Positions 60,091 to 64,000 of a stretch of 64,000 nt of DNA are shown here, piece by piece (position 1 is the first letter of the stretch; each line of letters starts with the position of its first letter). A model generated the notes under the pieces. It ran no database searches, was not told where the DNA came from, and saw only the letters and a list, made by a program, of their open reading frames with translations. The stretch comes from Naegleria gruberi (taxonomy: Eukaryota). The DNA lies in assembly GCA_000004985.1 (NCBI GenBank), contig GG738856.1, one strand, 5' to 3'. The position numbers and the translations under genes were made by a program.

Positions 60091-60408
60091 ATTACTTTTA
60101 CAAAATAAAAACTATTTAAAATCATTAAATTATTGTTTGTTGTTTTTAATATTTTTTAAATATTTTTATTTAATAATTGATTAATATCATCTATTCCGCA
60201 TAATACGAATAGTATGACTAATTATTCAGCTTCAACTTTATAAAAGAGCAGTAACCAAACAGAAGATACTTCTAAAAAGGATCCAAGCTCAATCAATTCT
60301 TTCCTTAAAATTCTCAAAATTCAATTCTGGATGGACATTGGACATCAAACCAACTATTATTAAAGCTTAACAGTTGATACAATACCAATTCCTCATATCA
60401 AAAAAACA

Positions 60409-61560
60409 ATGAAAACAATTCTTCTTGTTAACATTGCTCTCTTGTTCTGTTTGGGATTGGTTTTGGCAGATACCTATGCTCCTCAACCACCAAAAGAACA
60501 TTGCTATAATAAGTGTACTCATTACAAGACTGTTCAAGGTCAATGTGTTGATTTTGAATGGACTGGCACTAAGAAACAATGCTGTTTGTGGAAGACTGTT
60601 GGTATGTAATTTGTTTAATTGCATTTCTTTGTAATTTTCGATTGTGTTATTGGAAACATTTCAGGTCAAGGAAAATGTGCTGAATATAAGAAGATTTCCA
60701 AGTGTGACAAGTACAGTAAGGCAAGAACTCTCTGCTTGGGTCATGGTTATAAACAAGTTTGCAACAAGGTAACCAAACACAAGTTGTGTGCCAAATACGA
60801 ATGGAAAGAAGTGTGTAAACATAACGGAAAGAATCATGGTTGTGACAGTTATGGTTATCACTTTATCTGTACCAAGACTGACAAATCTCAAGGATGTTCA
60901 TTGTATACCTATGTTCCAAGAATCAAACATCATTACAAGAGAAGATGTTCCAAATATTCCATTCAACAATACTGTGCCAAGTATAAGAAGATTTACAAGA
61001 CTGTTAGAAGATGGGTTCCAGTCAGTAAGAAACATTACAAGGGTTGGATTGATCATTATTACAAGCAAGTTTTGGAAAAGAAGTTCCACACTATTTGTGT
61101 TGCCTATGCCAAGAAGAAGACTTGTACTGCTCACCAACGTGTCAAATTCTCAAAGAAGATTGGTTATGACAAGAAGTGTGTCAAATTCTTTGAAAAGAAG
61201 TATTGTATTGCCAAGAAGAGAGTTAAATTCTGTGAAAAGTGGTCTCCAAACAAATTCTGTGATTTGAAGGAAAGAGTTAGAGTTTGCATCAAGCACAGAG
61301 TTCAAAAATTCTGTTGTGATTATAAGGCTGTTCCATTCTGTACTCAATACAAGACATTGAAACCAAGATGTATCAAGAAATCTCACAAGAAGATTTGTGT
61401 CAAGAAGTCTAAAGGTTATAAGGTTTGTGCCAAGTATGAATTCGTTGGAGGAAAGAAGGTATGTAAGAAGTATGCTGAAAGAAGTGTCTGTGCTAAGAAA
61501 CAAAAGGTCTGTACCAAGATTGACACTTACAAGAAGGTTGATACCTATGCAAAGAAATAA
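60409..61560 (+). CDS. Secreted Lys/Tyr-rich protein built from ~27 tandem C-x8-C modules (~362 aa). Two exons: 60409..60601 and 60665..61560.
   Basis: Signal peptide MKTILLVNIALLFCLGLVLA. 63-nt intron GTATGT..CATTTCAG, phase 1. Mature protein is a near-perfect periodic array (…KYxxKxxC…) with Cys every 9th residue and pI strongly basic. Confidence 0.65.
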
Positions 61561-61723
61561 GTGAGATTCAAATTGAATGAACGAAAATTTTGAAATTTTG
61601 TTAATATAAAGAGTAAAACTCTCTATTCGTTCTTCCCAAAACACATGGTTTTGATTTTATTTGTTTTTGAGAAAATGAGAATATTGATAGTCTCCTTAAT
61701 TGAAACAAATCATAATTTTCTTA

Positions 61724-63400
61724 TTAAACTTTGTTTTTTTTATTGTAGAGGAAAAGCTGGGAAGAGAAAAAGCCGCATCGTTGTAGAATGTCGTTAGGAG
61801 TTTCGCCATTGGTATTCTTTAGATTCATTTCAGTGTAATTAGAGTACATCAAAAAGGTCATGCATTCAATGGCACTTTCCTTTTCTGGAGTGATTTCGTT
61901 GTTTGTTTTAAATTCCATTAGAGATTCCATTCTGCGAGCTGCTTTATGGACTGGCGTTTCCTGCAGAGGAGTCGAATCTTTGGCATTGTAAATCTGCTTT
62001 AGTTGATCAGTGTTAGGATACATTTCTTGGAGTTGATTTGAAAGCAGTTCTAGAACTGGAAAATGACCTCCTTCGCAAGCAAAGTGGAGAATATTGTACT
62101 TTCTCTTATCTTTCTTCTCTATTAATTGATTGTAATAGTTTCTGTCCATCAGAAGAGAACAAACAGACAGCAATTCCTTGTTACCATTCAAAGCTGCTTG
62201 GTGGAAAATATTGATTCCTTCAGGGCATTCGGATTCGTTCTTGATCCATTTCTTAATGCTACCTCCACACATCAACTCTACCTCTTTCTGAATCAGAATA
62301 CAGTAGCACAAGCTTCTCTTCATTCTATTTGTTATTTCTGGTGGGAAGTCCATGTCCTCTGATGTTTTCTTACCAGAGGAGTTGTCGTCTGACTTTCTCT
62401 TCTTTGATTTTGTGCATGTTGCTTCTTCTTTAGAATCTGCACCATGTATTGATTGACCAATTTGAATTTGAGTGTTGGGTGAGTGTGGGGTAGGTAAGTT
62501 ATTGTGCCCATTGATTAATCCCTCTGAATTACAACTCTCTCTGTAATTATAGATGGAACTAATTAGTGGCCTTCTTCCATTCTCGTCTTTAGCCTGAATT
62601 TTGGCACCTCGTTTAATAAGCCAATTCAATCCTTTAGAATCTGACTTTTTAGCTGCAATGTGCATACAGGTTTCTGAACTTGTTTTCTTCGAATTAATAA
62701 CTTCGTTACCAAAAATTTCAATCAACTTGTCCATCACCTCAAATCTTCTTAATCTGTATGCTACGTGGAAGAATGTATTACCATAAACATCTTTGGCCTC
62801 TCTTTCAAGGCGTGAAAATACAAAATTGGTGTTTAAGAACAATAACATACAGTCCATCGAATTATTAGCGATGGCAACATGAAGTGGAGTTGCTCCACTC
62901 TTTTGTTCTCTAAGATTCACATCGAGTACTATGTCAGCACCAACACTGGAGAACGTTGTCAACAACGATAGCAGAATATTTACATGATTGCCTGCCATGC
63001 ACCAGTGAATTGCTGCTCTCTTGGTTGTTCTTTCAAGAGCATTGATATTATATGTTTTGATAAACTCTTCCTTCTTCATTTGAGCTCTAGCTTGAATCAT
63101 TTCTTCCAATAACTGATTGACTAAATATTCATCTCCAACTCTGCATGCCTCAACTATTTCCTGAATCCAATTAGAAGAGAAAGATGGACTCGAAGGTGAT
63201 GTTGGTGACGAAGGAGGATAGAATAATTGACTTTGACTTGTGCTAGCATAGTAAAAATCAATAGCTGCACCATCATCACTACTCACATCAGAAGAAGTGC
63301 TCAATTGGTCATTAAATTGATGTTGCTCGGAGGAACTATATCCAACATGAAGAAACTTTGGATTAATATCAATAGGACTACTTCTCAATATTTGTGGCAT
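61724..63400 (-). CDS. Ankyrin-repeat protein (558 aa)
   Basis: At least 6 ANK repeats (TPLHVAIANNSMDCMLLFL; ETCMHIAAKKSDSKGLNWLIKRGAKIQAKDENGRRPL; NILHFACEGGHFPVLELL). S/P-rich N-terminus. Confidence 0.75.
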   Translation of the reverse strand: MPQILRSSPIDINPKFLHVGYSSSEQHQFNDQLSTSSDVSSDDGAAIDFYYASTSQSQLFYPPSSPTSPSSPSFSSNWIQEIVEACRVGDEYLVNQLLEEMIQARAQMKKEEFIKTYNINALERTTKRAAIHWCMAGNHVNILLSLLTTFSSVGADIVLDVNLREQKSGATPLHVAIANNSMDCMLLFLNTNFVFSRLEREAKDVYGNTFFHVAYRLRRFEVMDKLIEIFGNEVINSKKTSSETCMHIAAKKSDSKGLNWLIKRGAKIQAKDENGRRPLISSIYNYRESCNSEGLINGHNNLPTPHSPNTQIQIGQSIHGADSKEEATCTKSKKRKSDDNSSGKKTSEDMDFPPEITNRMKRSLCYCILIQKEVELMCGGSIKKWIKNESECPEGINIFHQAALNGNKELLSVCSLLMDRNYYNQLIEKKDKRKYNILHFACEGGHFPVLELLSNQLQEMYPNTDQLKQIYNAKDSTPLQETPVHKAARRMESLMEFKTNNEITPEKESAIECMTFLMYSNYTEMNLKNTNGETPNDILQRCGFFSSQLFLYNKKNKV

Positions 63401-64000
63401 TCTTTAATATATATTTACAGGAAATCAAAATAGTAGTAGTATTATTTACAATAATCTCTCTGAATCAAAATCACACACGAGAGCAAGAAAACCTAATAAT
63501 TGTCGTATAAGGTGCAAGTTGTGCCAGATGGTATCTATTGTGCCTCTGTCTTTTTTTAGATTTTTGAATACAAAACACAGGCTTCGAATCAGCACGACGG
63601 TAGTCTAGAGCAATTTCTAGGTTGTTTTTTCTTTTTTGAAAAATTCAGAGACAACACCACCTGATAACCATCCGAATTGCATCAACAACAGTAACTTGTT
63701 GGTAGAGGTGATGCACATTCCTTTTGGTATTTAACGAGACAATTATGAATTGGGAGAATCCAATCAATCGAAAAGACAAAATTGAAGCACTTTGCTTGAT
63801 TGGTCTTGATTGCATCACACAATTGATCCAGTTTTTACGAATTGAGATAGTTTAATGCTGAGAAGGTTTCTAATGTCAAGTTCAGAAAACATCTCAACAA
63901 ATTCAAATACAAAGATGGTTTCTAAAAGACTCTTTTAGTTTAACACGAACACTTTGGCATAAAGGCCATCATTGGTAAAGATATATTGTTTTGAACGTTA

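Noticed and set aside
1-64000. Search for prokaryotic features (CRISPR repeats, defence islands, operons, IS elements, rRNA/tRNA)
   Set aside because: No direct-repeat/spacer arrays or transposase-like ORFs. Genes are monocistronic with spliceosomal introns, and the products are eukaryote-specific (eS24, Vac14, kinesin-13, bromodomains). This is nuclear eukaryotic DNA.

Overview
This window is AT-rich (~65% AT) eukaryotic nuclear DNA, not prokaryotic. I found no CRISPR arrays, operons, mobile elements or defence islands.

Genes are densely packed, with spacers often under 500 nt, and lie on both strands. Many are interrupted by very short spliceosomal introns of 39–63 nt, typically GTAAGT…(Y)AG. 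Exon boundaries were reconstructed by hand from reading frame, splice-site consensus and homology. They are good to a few nucleotides but not guaranteed.

Recognisable products:
- guanine deaminase
- TBC Rab-GAP
- kinesin-13 with an N-terminal SAM domain (KIF24-like)
- a divergent epsilon-like tubulin
- an Eps15-like EH-domain protein
- a transmembrane RING E3 ligase
- translation machinery-associated protein 7 (TMA7)
- a C-terminal Zn2Cys6 transcription factor
- an ABHD11-like hydrolase
- a 60-kDa lysophospholipase, i.e. asparaginase fused to ankyrin repeats (8 exons)
- Vac14
- a sperm-tail PG-rich (PGPGxY) repeat protein
- lysyl-tRNA synthetase
- a kynurenine-formamidase-like esterase
- a P5B P-type ATPase
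- a Galpha-like protein fused to an F-box
- a truncated ANL-superfamily (AMP-binding) protein
- a four-bromodomain protein
- ribosomal protein S24
- several secreted Cys-rich proteins
- an ankyrin-repeat protein

epsilon-tubulin, KIF24-like kinesin, the PG-rich repeat protein and Galpha together point to a flagellated, centriole-bearing organism. A fungal-type Zn2Cys6 domain and the yeast-like splice signals suggest a zoosporic fungus or related protist. The organism was not identified.

Most worth a second look:
- the Galpha–F-box fusion with degenerate GTPase motifs
- a frameshifted divergent tubulin
- a periodic C-x8-C Lys-rich secreted protein
- a Rho-like pseudo-GTPase
- an ANL pseudoenzyme-like gene
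- a YeeE/YedE-like membrane protein carrying a spliceosomal intron
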